Below, piece after piece: positions 1 through 11,520 of a DNA stretch of 64,000 bases (the first letter of the stretch is position 1; the number at the start of each line of letters is the position of its first letter). Origin of the DNA: Guillardia theta CCMP2712 (taxonomy: Eukaryota > Protista > Cryptophyta); assembly GCF_000315625.1 (NCBI RefSeq), contig NW_005434671.1, forward strand, positions 186,001 to 250,000, in the 5' to 3' direction. The notes beneath the pieces were generated by a model. It was given only the letters and a program-made list of their open reading frames with translations, ran no database searches and had not been told where the DNA came from. A program made the translations under genes and the position numbers.

Positions 1-78
<78 letters not shown>

Positions 79-126
79 CGCTCCCGCTCCCGCTCCCGCT
101 CCTGCTCCTGCTCCTGCTCCTGCTCC
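1..126. repeat. (CTCCTG)n hexamer microsatellite, intronic
   Basis: Directly visible; lies inside the minus-strand intron that starts at 139. Confidence 0.95.
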
Positions 127-139
127 GGCTTTGACTTAC

Positions 140-1154
140 CTCATGGCTAGAGGAGCGCGATGAGTGTCTTGCTCCGATGACACGCTGGTTCAGCTTGGCG
201 AATGAGTTGAGCTCCTAGTCTCAGAGTTATGCCGCTTCACTCCTCCCTCCGTGTCACCTGGTCAGCCGACTCGCGATGCCATCGCCTTTTCGTGTTGGCC
301 TTGGGGAAGATCTGAGGAAGGGACACGCGGGTCAGCAAGAGATGGCCAGCTCGCAGCATTGCCTCGTCGTTGAGATGCTTCAGGTGTGTCAATTCTTCGC
401 TCCCGCTCAGCGCATGGCGCGACCTCCGTGTCCTGGGGGGCAGCACGGCTGAGCTTAGTCTCTGCATGCTTGCCAACTCCTCGTCTGCAGTCTCCTTGTG
501 CCACCTCGCAGCTCTAGGAGACTTGGAGAAGATCTGGTTGTTCAGGTTCGCATAATTCGAGAGTTCCTGGCTGGCTGAGAATCGTTTGTCCTCTCTCTTC
601 GCCTCTTCGCGGCTGAACATTCCATTGTTCAAGTGTACCGCAGGCAGGACGGCATGCTTAGTTCGCACGTGAGGAGAGGAAGGGCGATGGGAGCGAATCC
701 TCTTAGGATGAAGCTTTACGCGTGCTCCATGGCCATGAAGAAGACTGGAAGCTTCCTCCTCCTCCTCGAAGGATCGGGGAAAGACTTGTCGATTGAGTTT
801 CGACCACTTGTTGATCATACCTTGAGACATGTCGCGAGCCTGGGCAACGGATCAGGCTTCAATACAGAGCATGTGGAGACAAGATCTCACCTTGCTGTGG
901 TCGATACCGGAAGTCTTGCTCTTCTTTCCTTCACCTCCCATCTCCACGCTCTTCAATCTGTCGTCCCCGTACCCCATAGCGTACCGATACGATCGCATCA
1001 GCTGATCTGCTCTCATGGTCCTCCATGACGCCGGATCCCGCACACGGTCCTCGTCCTCTCTTAGCATGATGGGCTCATGTGTTCCCTGCATGGCGCCGAG
1101 CATGGCCATGAGGGCCACAGCCATCGCTGCCATCGAGGCGGCGCGCCACACCAT
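140..1154 (-). CDS. Secreted/membrane-anchored repeat protein of unknown function (3' end runs off the window)
   Basis: ATG 1154, hydrophobic N-terminus MVWRAASMAAMAVALMAMLGAMQG. The GT-AG intron 890-840 joins ORF 852..1343 in frame to ORF 237..830. Further introns near 362-312 (GC-AG) and ~258-216, then a donor at 139. About 6 copies of an EL..[FY]..LN..[IV]F-like motif. Confidence 0.7.
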
Positions 1155-1251
1155 CTTTGCTCTACCCCTTCGACTACCCCACCCCTGGAGATGACAAGAA
1201 TTATATTCTCTTAGAGGAGGTACCAACCACTTTCCGTCTAGGGGTAGCGCC

Positions 1252-2229
1252 ATGCCGATCAGGGAACGTATCGAGGCGCTGAAGGGTGCGCTGATGGAGA
1301 AGATGGAGGGACAGGAGAGCGTCAGGTTGCCGAGAAAGTCCAAGAGCGCGACGAGAGGCCAGCTGGATGAAGCCAGAGCTGCTCAGCTGGGCGACTCGTC
1401 AAGTAGACTAGAAGCTAGTGACATGGGGAGCGTGGTACAAGACGAAGGTGGTGGGGGAGGCAGCGAGGCCTCGCGCAGGCTATCCCGTCTGGAAAGGAAG
1501 ATCGAAAAGATCGAGAAGCTTTCGAAGAAGGAGAACGTGAACTTTCAGCACAAACATAATAGCATCGAGCATGGAGTAAGAGGCTTGAAATCGGCGAGGC
1601 AGCAGGCATCGCAGGAGGGAGCAGAAGAGACAGATGTACAGAAGGAAAAGCTTGTTGCTATGATAGAAGCGATGAAGATTGAAAGGGAAGGCAGCTTCAA
1701 GCAGCTGCAAGCGTACATCCATCAGCGCCACGAAGCCATGAAACAAGACATTCATCGCAAGCTGCTGGAACAGTCTGAACCAGCGAAAGCACAAGAACGA
1801 TTCGGGATGGGGGGAAGGGATTGGAAGGAGCAGATAGACATGCACGACTCCGCTATGGCATACTCAGAGAACTTGATCATGATAGCTCTGCAGCAGAAGA
1901 TGGACATGTTGCGCCTTGAACTTCTACGAGAGAAAACGATCTGGCAGAAGACCATCGAGCAAGTTCAAGACGCCATGAGCGGAATGGTGTTATCTCTCGC
2001 GCTTGTTCTGCATTCTGACTTGGATGGAAAGGTGACATCACTCAAGGAAGAATTAAGAGCCGAACAAGAAGAAAGAAAGCGAATACAGACAGAGCTCCTG
2101 ATGGTGCTAAAATCTCATTGCGCCAAGGTTGTGGAGAAAGAGTACGAAACGAAGGAGAAAGAGGCCAACCCTGACCAGCAGATGCTGCAGAAGAAAGGCT
2201 CGAGGAAAGGAGGGGAGAAGAAGAGCTAG
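1252..2229 (+). CDS. Coiled-coil protein of unknown function
   Basis: 325-aa E/K/Q/L-rich ORF with heptad character. Possible in-frame 45-nt intron near 1987-2031. Confidence 0.7.
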   Translation: MPIRERIEALKGALMEKMEGQESVRLPRKSKSATRGQLDEARAAQLGDSSSRLEASDMGSVVQDEGGGGGSEASRRLSRLERKIEKIEKLSKKENVNFQHKHNSIEHGVRGLKSARQQASQEGAEETDVQKEKLVAMIEAMKIEREGSFKQLQAYIHQRHEAMKQDIHRKLLEQSEPAKAQERFGMGGRDWKEQIDMHDSAMAYSENLIMIALQQKMDMLRLELLREKTIWQKTIEQVQDAMSGMVLSLALVLHSDLDGKVTSLKEELRAEQEERKRIQTELLMVLKSHCAKVVEKEYETKEKEANPDQQMLQKKGSRKGGEKKS

Positions 2230-3761
2230 CTGTCGCAGTAACGATGGAAGTAACGTTCACAGGTGCGGCACTGCAAGGTATTGAGGGAGGAGGCAGGAAG
2301 AGAGACGAGGTTGTACCTGCCAGGAAGAAGAGTCCTTGCGAAGATGGTCAAACTTCCTCAGGGTTGCAATCCTGCTGAGCACCTGCTGGGGATTTGACCT
2401 GAAGGCCCAGTCAAAGATGAGCGGGGAAGGAAGTGCGAAGAAGTACCGCCAACTGAAGAAGGAACGATACAACGACGCATTCCTGTCCAGCTGTTTTCCA
2501 ACGGCAATGAGCTGGAAAGAGTGAAGAATCTCAGTTTACCTTTCCGAGGAACTCGCCGATCGAGTCAAGATCGCTGAACTTCAAGATGTTAAGATACCCT
2601 CCCGGAGCAACCTATCGTGCAGCGTCACCGAGGCCGGTGAAAGTAGCTGTAAGCTCACCGCATACGAGTCGGCATTGGGAGCACCGAGGTAGACCATTAG
2701 AGAACCTCTTGCTGCATCTAGCATGCCCTGCATCGAGACGTTGACTGCTGTATGAGCGCAAGGCTGCGCTATACCTTGTAGAATCTGTCTGTTAAGAAGT
2801 CTTCGACGACTTCATCCTCAACGACCAGATTAAATTTGTAGTGCGAGTCTGCCGTGTCCTTCTCGTACCGCCGGATTTCGCGATCAGAGCCTTCACCAGC
2901 AAAGCACCTCCCGATGGTATCGACAGGAAGGTGCCGCCGCAAGCTCTCGACGAGCCTGTGAACGAGCGCATCAAGTCTGTCACACTTGTCGTCCATGCGA
3001 AGAACAGCTTTGCCGGGTGAGTTTGCCTGCAGAGAATGATCAGGACAAGGCATACAAGAACAAAATCAGTGTACAAAGTCAAAAAAGCTTGCTGACAACA
3101 AGTGGTGATCGATACAATCGTCTGAAATATTTGAGCAGAGCTCTCCAGTCAAGGAGCTACCGATGAAGTTGAGCTTCACGTCTGAGTACCGATGGAAACT
3201 TATCAACATGTCTGCACTTGCCAGTGTTGGAATGTTGATAGATGCTGGGTGCAAATTTATGATGGCGACCTTTTGCCACCAGGCTTTTGAGCTCAACACC
3301 GGATCATTGCGATCGATTCCAACCAGGATGTCAGCATCTGACTTGTTGCTGGTGATTTGGCATGAAATCTTGCATTCCTCAACGGCCTCATGCTCGAGAG
3401 GTAAGCCGAGATGGCAGTTTAGAAGGGATGGTGAATAATACATCAGCACTGGAACGCTGCACGAGTCAAGTTTGTTGTACCCGGGTTCGATCATGGTATG
3501 TGTCCCATATGGATTCAAGCTAATCGTTCTAGTGTTCTGAAAATCATACAGAATGGACCTGATCGCATAATTCATCATGCAAATACTGCCTAGATTGCAA
3601 AGAGGGGACGCATTATCCACGGTTGACATCCTCACAGAGCGCAAAGCAGACCAGTATGAATACAGCAATGCTGCAACAATGAAAGCAATCGAAGAGATGA
3701 AGGCTACGGACAGCAATCTCGACTCATTCTTGTAATATTTTTTCAATCTGAAACTTGACAT
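2226..3761 (-). CDS. Glycosyltransferase family 10 (alpha-1,3/4-fucosyltransferase-like), type II membrane protein
   Basis: N-terminal TM segment LLSVAFISSIAFIVAALLY; CKISCQITSNKSDADIL; ADMLISFHRYSD; motif YKFNLVVEDEVVEDFLTDRFYK; GSLMVYLGAPNA; C-terminal WQCRTC after intron 2316-2271. Extra 5' exons up to ~4010 are possible. Confidence 0.75.
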
Positions 3762-4079
3762 GTCAATCTACAACATTCTCCTTCGCTCACAGATCATTCA
3801 CCTCTTGTCGGAATCATCCCATGGTGAAGTGATCTGCGATGATGTCTCATTTTCCTTCAAGTTCCTGTCCTTTTCAGATGACTTCTTCAGACTCCTCAGC
3901 CTTGCTTCTCCCGCAGCTTCTACCTTCAGCATCGGGTTTATGCCGCACTATAGCAGCAAGTTGAAGTGTATCAGTTATAACCTCATGGCCATCATACCAG
4001 CAAGTGCCATGGGGCCTCAAAGTGTTTTCAAAGTTTTGCTCTTTCTGGTCGCTCACCAGGAGGCGCTGCCGTTGCCATC

Positions 4080-5950
4080 ACTGTCCTCGGATCATCCGGG
4101 CACCATCACCGTCCGATCCGACTCATGTCACCGAGTCACCGTGAGTACTCTGTACGGTGCCAACTTCGGAAGGAACGATAGCAACCGTTCCGGCCGGGCG
4201 GCCCGGCGGACCGTGTGCCTCCGGGCCTCCGCCGGAGCCTCGCGGCCCGGCCCGCCGGGCCCGGTCGCACTAAGTTGCCGCGCTTGAATGGCGATTCATT
4301 GAAGACGCCTCGGAGTCCGGGCCTGGCGGCTGGCGGCCCATGATCATCGGCGGAACTTGAATCATTCGCGCCCACGGTCATCCGATTCTTTACTCAAAGT
4401 TAAGTTAAAAATCAGTACTGTACGAGGACAAGTGAGTCAGGAGAGTCGAGGAGGCTCGCCCCTGACACTGTCCGGCACAGGCCAAACGGCGAGAAGAGAA
4501 AAGACAGCGGCGCGGCGAGAAAGCCGGCTCACGCTGCGCCGGTGCCTGGGGGGCCGGCTTTACGGTCACTGTGACGGTCCCGGGCCGGGCCGGACTCCGG
4601 GCCGTCCGAGCGCGCCGCCGATGTGAGTGGCCCCCAGGGTGGCGCCAGAGGCCGCCCGTCCGGGCCTGAGCCTCCTGCGGCTCAGCGGCTTGACTTCAAT
4701 CGGCGTCGGACGCCGGCGGCCCGGACGGAGCCTGTCACCTGATCGGACTCGATCGGACCCGGTGCGTCGCGTGTGACACCGCCGTGCCAGTGATCGGATC
4801 GGGCTCGGACTGCCGCACACGCGGCAGGCCGCAGCTCGGAACTTGAAGATCCGAACTTCGGAAGTTTCAAAGTAGGCTCGAAAAGTATTTAGCCTGGGGA
4901 AAGTCAAAAGAGCCTCCGGACTGTCCCAATAGATCAGGGGGTGGGTGGGGGTTATAGAGTCGGAAGGACATTCTGAGGAATAAACGGCGAGGGGTAGTGA
5001 CGAGGTGAACTGTTCCCTTATGACCTACGGATGGTACCCTACCCCCAAAGTCATCCAAATCATGATACCTCCTCCAAATTGAGGGACCCAGTACCCCACC
5101 ATTTCCATACTCTCATCCATGTCCCCCTTTATCCACGTCCCCAACAGCACGACTACCCCCCCACATTTCTTTGTTTCATCCACCCCACCCCCACACAAAA
5201 GTCAATCTGCTAATTTTACGCAACTCCCCCACGCCACCCCACCCTACGCCACCCCACCCCAGCCTCCGAATCCCCCTACCCCTGCCCTCCCCACTAGCAA
5301 CTTTAAAAAATGTTGTACGAAAAAGTAAACAGATAGAATCTATAAAATTATAAATTATCTTTATTTCTTTTAAAAGATTAAAAAATCCACTTTCCCTATG
5401 CCATTACAACTCCAGTACCATAGTAAACACTATCTGTATCTCTATAAGATGCAGTCCATCTGTTTTAAAAAGTTCCTGAAGTTTGTACTCACAATATGTT
5501 ATTGTTTTACTGTTATTGTTTTATTCTTATTGTTTTATTGTTATTCTTATTTAAAATTATATATATGTATGTCGTTCTGCCCGGGGCCAATCCTTTTGTG
5601 TTCCTAGGACCAGAGCGTATCTACATTTTCTGAGTACCCCCCTTTGATAGAGATGACCCCACCTCCGATAGCGATGGTAGGATTCTAGTACCATGGAGCT
5701 ATACCTTCAGCTATTGCTAGGACCCTGGTAGCTCTGGCTGTATCAAGTTGCTTGCTTGATAGACCCTTACTAGGACACTTGTAGGACTGATTGCCAGTTG
5801 AGGGCTCCTAGGGCTCCACAATGTGTTCCTAGGACATTCCAAATATCAGGGGGTAGGACTTACTAGGACCACTCTAGAACAAGTACTTTGATAGTTTAGG
5901 GTGGTCCTATCCCCGCTAAGCCAGAATAGTTCAAATCCTAGCACTGCACT
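4080..5950. other. Composite intergenic island: CCGG-rich (4080-4860), GGGT/ACCC-rich (4860-5320), AT-rich (5320-5570), CTAGG-rich (5600-5950)
   Basis: Abrupt composition changes are visible in the sequence; only low-complexity spurious ORFs. Confidence 0.75.
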
Positions 5951-7015
5951 GAAGGTACGGGTATTTTGAAGCTGAAATGAAGGGGTGGGGGTATAGTGCA
6001 ACCGCTTTCGTTGTTCATGCCGATCATCCATGCCTTGAGAAAGGAGGACAGGGTGGGCGATGAAGGGAGAGGAATGATGCTTGCAACCCTCAGCGAGAAT
6101 GACATCTGTTACTGACCATGAAAGTCTTTTCATTCCCTTTCTGTTCCGCATCTTTTTTTCGCTGGTTTGCCTGTTAGACATGTCCATTCCCCCTTGAGGA
6201 CCGTTGAGCGTGTATGTGTGCTGTGATTGTGTGTTGAGATGAACTCGGGGTCAAGTGTAACGTCAATCACATGTTTATTCCTCACCACAATGGTAGACAG
6301 GTTTGTTTTCCTTTCATGTTCCCGTCTCTGAAGTTTGCTGTGCTGTGCCGTCAACATGCAGGACTGGTAATCTTGTTCCCTCTCATAGATGAATCGTCCA
6401 TCTCTTCAGCACTCATTCACTGAGCGATGAATCATTTGAACAGATCCCCTCTCTCACAAAATGAAATTTCAGAGTAGATTCCATCGATCATGGCAAATGT
6501 GCCACATTACTGCTTCCCTCAAATACTTCACTGCTGAAACTTGTGCACTGATTTTACATCTGACAAGCTGCTCTGCCAGATTTCACAATGTCAATGGTCC
6601 GCTGCTGTTAAGATTGTGATGAGACAAAAGGCTGGGTGACGTTGTCATTTTTCTGATCCCAATCTTCAGAATCCACGAGAGCTTTTTGGTGTCGAAAGCA
6701 AACAGGATTACCTTGAAAACCCAAGATCATCGAGCAGCTTTCATTCATTGACGCAGAGCGTTAGAGGGGCATTATCAGTGTAGGAAACTGCATTGTTGTG
6801 GCGCGCGCGGGATTTGCTGAGCCCGATCCGCGCGCGCCCGGGGCCCTTCGGTCTTGTTTTTTTGGAACCTTTTGACACCTGCAATGATTGGTTGGAGTGG
6901 GAATGCCAAGAATAGCGAGTGACGATACACCCAACATGAAAGCTTTCTTTATCTTTCTCCGTTAGGATACGTAGAATCCATCAAGACCGCTACGGCATAA
7001 CGACATTGATTCATC

Positions 7016-9086
7016 ATGGCAACTGTCATTCCACGAATGCGCAAGTCGTCAAATGCTGACTCATCAGATGATTCTCCGTCAGAGCAGTCACCATCTGCAC
7101 CAATCGGTTTCAGACAATCATCGCTGGAAAACCTGTACAATACAGACATCGAAAGGAAAATTTTAGAATCGACCAGATCAAAGGCAAATCTTTGAACAAA
7201 TATGGGGTTGCCATTCATTCTTTGTTTTCTTGCAGATTTGGTTCTTCTTGGACGACCCTTCTTCTTCTCGACCCGTATGAACTCAAAAGTAGATTCCCTT
7301 AGTGAAATTATTGACACCGTTTTCTGGCAGGCTTATTTTTTCTCCGTATTCATTTTGATGCTTATCTTGCTATCGTGTACAAGTTTTGTTTTGGAAACCA
7401 TTCCGATATTGTGCTGTGGGAGATACGACTCAGTGAGAACATTGTTTGCTCTTTTCAATTGCTGATGTGCAATTGGTAGGTATGGAATAACATCGAGGTT
7501 GTATGTGTTTCCGCATTCACTTTTGAATATTTGTCACGCCTTCTTGTTGTGCCCACGTTTATGAACAATGAGGTGAGCATCCTTATCCGAGCTGAGAACT
7601 TTGTCATATTGAAAGGGTGACAGGGGAGGCTGGCTAGCTCAGAAAGAACAGGCCCAACAGCAGAAATTCTAGCAAGATTACGATTCCTGTTCAGACCGTT
7701 GAATGCAATCGACTTGACCGCAATTCTGCCCTACTACATACAACTCATGCTACCGAATGGTAACGGAGCAAGTGGAACATCATTCCTACGAATAATTCGA
7801 TTGGCTCGGGTAAATTGCGTGCACTCTGTTTCATTGGTCTTTCTAACTTGCTTTACCCATTCCTTTCTCCATTCCTTTCTTTTTCTTTCTCCAGGTTTTC
7901 CGTTTGTTCAAGCTTTCGAAGTATAGTGAGGGGATGTGGTTGCTGTCAGCAACCTTGATGAGGAGGTCGAAATTTCTCTTACTTGCCTGCATTCTCTTAA
8001 CATCATGACACAGCTGGCGTGCACTGAGCATGTTGCTCTTCTTCATGTTGATTTCTGTAATTTTATTCTCGAGTGTGATGTACTATGTGGAGCGTGGGGA
8101 TTTTTTTTATTGTACCATGGATGCGGCAAGGCAAAACCTGTGCAGGTGAGATATTTGTGTCAAAGGCTCTGTATGGCATTTCATCTCACACGATTTGATG
8201 ATTTCAGGATTGAAGATGTTGTCACCTTTGATCCCACTGTCGGACAGGGTCTAGAACAGTGTCGGCAGATGGTGCAAGATGCATTGGGGATTTCTTTAGA
8301 CTGCTGCGATGGACAGGCTTGGTACGCATGGCCACCATTGGACCAGAACGGGGACGGATGCATTGACAAGAGCAAGTTCGAGAGCATCCTGTTAACAGCG
8401 TGGTGGTGTGTGGTCACGATGACAACCGTTGGTTACGGAGATGTTGTTCCAGTGACAGCCGGTGGTCAGCTGATAGCAGTGCTCACAATGCTCAGCGGGA
8501 TTCTTCTGTTGGCGTTACCGATCACTGTCATTGGATCAAACTTTAACATTGAGTACGAGAGGTCAGAGGCTGAACAAAGGATGCATGAACAGCTTGAATG
8601 GGCAGAGAAATCAAAATCTCAAAAAGTGACACCGTTAGAAGAAAGAGAAGCTTCTGTCCCCCAAGATGAAATCATTGCAACACCTTCATCAAATTTGCCA
8701 GGGAATGGGTCGATGGCAACTCCAACCCCGATGAAACAAAGGCGCAGTCTAATGTCAAGTAGCTGGAGAGAAGAATCGAGGCCTGGAGCAGACTCCGTAA
8801 GACAATCCGCTTTGAGATGTTAGTGTTTTGGTAACTGATACATCTGGCCAGAATTCAGCGGGTACTCAAAGAATACTCTTGGCAACTGTGGAGCGGTTGA
8901 TGGCTGAACATCGTGAGATGATTCTACGGAAAGCAGACGTAAAGATAAGATGCTCGAAAGAATCGAATGTGACTTTCATTCCAGGAGATGATAAAAGAGC
9001 ATGTAAAGGAGATTGCGAGAGAGGTCGTCGCGCGAAACAGGGAGAAAAAGCATGGGACTGGGAACGGGACCGACCCAACAAGCTAG
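7016..9086 (+). CDS. Voltage-gated potassium channel (Kv/Shaker-like 6TM, no T1 domain)
   Basis: Spliced exons give [15 protein letters not shown]1 [24 protein letters not shown]3 [13 protein letters not shown]4 [20 protein letters not shown], pore [14 protein letters not shown] and S6 [16 protein letters not shown]. Stop TAG 9084-9086. Confidence 0.93.
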
Positions 9087-9217
9087 GAGTGCCGTCATGA
9101 TATTTTAACTATGCAGAATAGAAAGGTGTAAAAAGTTGCTATTAATTCAAATAAATGTAACTATAATCGATGCGTTGGGTCCTACTGTCGTCAACTCGTG
9201 CAGGCTGGAGCAACGTT

Positions 9218-9919
9218 TCATGGTAACATGAGGCGCCCCTTGGTGGGAAGGAGAGCTGTGCCCGTCAGACGAGTGGCAACGAAGAGCCCCCCGAAGAGCA
9301 GCGTCAGCGTTCCGACCACGTTGACGAGGAAGATGAGGAGGAACGTTGCTTTCTGCTGCGAGATGCCTAGACGAGATTCAAGGAAATGAATGAGCTTGTC
9401 GAAGGCTGGCGAAACTGCTACAGCCAGGGCGATCCTGAATGGGCGGAGGAAGTTGCATGCGAGCCAGAAGCCTGCATAGACGGCGAGGAAACTTGGCCAT
9501 TGCCCTTGGTCGAGAGGACTAAGGCCGCAGGACTTTCCAAAAGTGACCCAGGAAAGAATGACACACAAGGACATGTTGACGTTAGAGACCCAACCGTAAG
9601 CCAGAGCTGCGCTGATTCCAATGGCTGTAAGCTTCTCCTTGTTCACTTTTGGCATACGCAGCTTTTCTGTCATCCTCTTGAACATGTTGGAAAAGGAGTT
9701 CCCTGCTCCTGGCTGTTCGCTCATACACCTTGGCAACAGAGCCCTATTCCTACCCATCCCAAATCTGCAGTGCGTCAGATAATCACGAGTCGACGAGGAA
9801 GAGACAGGACGGAGACGAAAGTTGCATGATGATGGGAGTCTCGTGCTGGCGCCATGGAAGCTGTCAGCCACCGGAAGCAACAGCATCGCCAGCGCTGCTC
9901 TTGTAGCTAAGGATGCCAT
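9218..9919 (-). CDS. Plastid-targeted membrane protein, FAM210/DUF1279-like
   Basis: MASLATRAALAMLLLPVADS-F is a signal peptide plus Phe, followed by an S/R-rich transit peptide. Hydrophobic segments; motif YAGFWLACNFLRPFRIALAVAVSP. Confidence 0.7.
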   Translation of the reverse strand: MASLATRAALAMLLLPVADSFHGASTRLPSSCNFRLRPVSSSSTRDYLTHCRFGMGRNRALLPRCMSEQPGAGNSFSNMFKRMTEKLRMPKVNKEKLTAIGISAALAYGWVSNVNMSLCVILSWVTFGKSCGLSPLDQGQWPSFLAVYAGFWLACNFLRPFRIALAVAVSPAFDKLIHFLESRLGISQQKATFLLIFLVNVVGTLTLLFGGLFVATRLTGTALLPTKGRLMLP

Positions 9920-10433
9920 GGTGGCCTCCTGGTCTTTCTGAGGCGGGTTGGAACTTGTTGTGTCCAAACCATGCAATGCGTGTGGGGTGGACACAAGGAA
10001 GGGTAGCCTGGATGACAGGGGGTAGTGGTAGAAAACTGATTCCAAGGGGTGGTCCATTCACCAAGTACCCACCGCTGAATTATTAAAATATATGATAAGA
10101 AGGGGTGTAGCTAGTTTTGTAGATGGGGTCCGAAGTCAGGGTGCAAATTCAGCTCTGGTGGGGTATTCACAGTTGTGCAGACCGAGTATGGGTGGGGTGG
10201 TCACATTCAAAAATTTGTAATGTAGTCCGGAGCCTGCAGGGAATGGAAGGGGAAGACCGTGGAGGGACGAGAGCATGTTGTAGTTACGAGCATCTGTGCA
10301 TGAGCAAGACAGATGAACGACAAGTAGCTTCCTGTTGAATCACTTGAAAAAAAATCATGATCTCAATAGAGAAATGTTTTACTGATTGACACCTGGTCTG
10401 ATCATACTATGTGTTCAGGAGTCATGGGGCTAC

Positions 10434-11520
10434 ATGGCGACAGCTTTCAGTCTTTCGTGGAAGACTTCGTTTCTCAGTAATTCAGCAACTGATTGTTGAC
10501 AAGCTGACACTGAGCAAATAGAACGCGCTCTTTGAAATCTCTTGTATTGCTCCGATCTGCCCATCCCGACGAAAACGCTAACAAGGCAAGGCAACGTTGT
10601 TTCTTTGTCTCAGAAAAAGCTCTCACAAACACTTGCTTGTCATCTCTCACGTGTCATATGAACATCCATGAGTCGAGTTTCACAGGCACTGGAGGACATA
10701 GATCTCGCCCTATCCAAAGCAGAGCGTGATATGAATCAGTAAGGTGTGCAACTGAACAATACTGGGATTGACAATGGTTTGCTTTCACTCCAAGCTTGAA
10801 ATGTAAACTAGCAGATGAATGCAAATACATCAGGTTACTGCCAATCATGCCGCTGCTTTTCTCACAAAGTCGAGCAGACAGGTCGAGGAATGTTTGGCGA
10901 TCACGGAGCACCAAGCGTCACAGGTAGAGACTTTATTCTCTTCACTGCCTGCCTCATGCTGAAGGATTCAGGTTGAGCATCTCAAGAAGTTTGCTGATCC
11001 ATCATCAAGACGGGTGTGTTCATTCTCGTTATCATGTTTCTGTAACTGACTTGTTTGATGCTGTGATAGTCAATCAGTTAAACTAGTCCTCCTCTCTTGG
11101 ATGCTAGTTTCCTTCAAACACATGATAGCAATTCCAAAACCTGAAATCTAGATATACACCATCTTTTATCGCTTGATAACAAATCTTATGTTGTCACATT
11201 TGGAGGATTGAGGTGGTTTCGAAACTTGAGAGGTGCCGGCTCGTACTTTGGTACCCGATTGTCAGGAAGGGAAACTCAGGAAATGATCTTATGAGATTGA
11301 GGGATGAAAGCGTGTAACCCGGTGGAACATGAAATTCATGATAGCAAAACAAAGCATATAAGGTGCTGCTGCGAAGATTCACTGAGCTAGTTTGGGCTCT
11401 GTGCATGAGCAGGTCGAACCGGGAAGACGAGCGGTCGGCGAGTTTTGGCAACAGGGGGCTACACAGAGAGAAGATTTTGTAGAAGAAAGTGAAGAGAGAG
11501 AGTTGCATGGAAAATGAGAA
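10434..11520 (+). CDS. Possible multi-exon hypothetical gene (unresolved)
   Basis: Short exon-like segments (e.g. ALEDIDLALSKAERDMNQ) bounded by plausible GT/GC..AG sites. No recognisable motif. Confidence 0.25.

Noticed and set aside
4080-4910. GC-rich ORFs or a transposon in the CCGG islands
   Set aside because: The ORFs are R/P/G-rich artefacts of GC content. No transposase/RT motifs, terminal inverted repeats or target-site duplications were identifiable by eye.
6010-6790. Intron-like GT..AG segments upstream of the Kv gene
   Set aside because: No coherent reading frame found; may be UTR or non-coding transcript.
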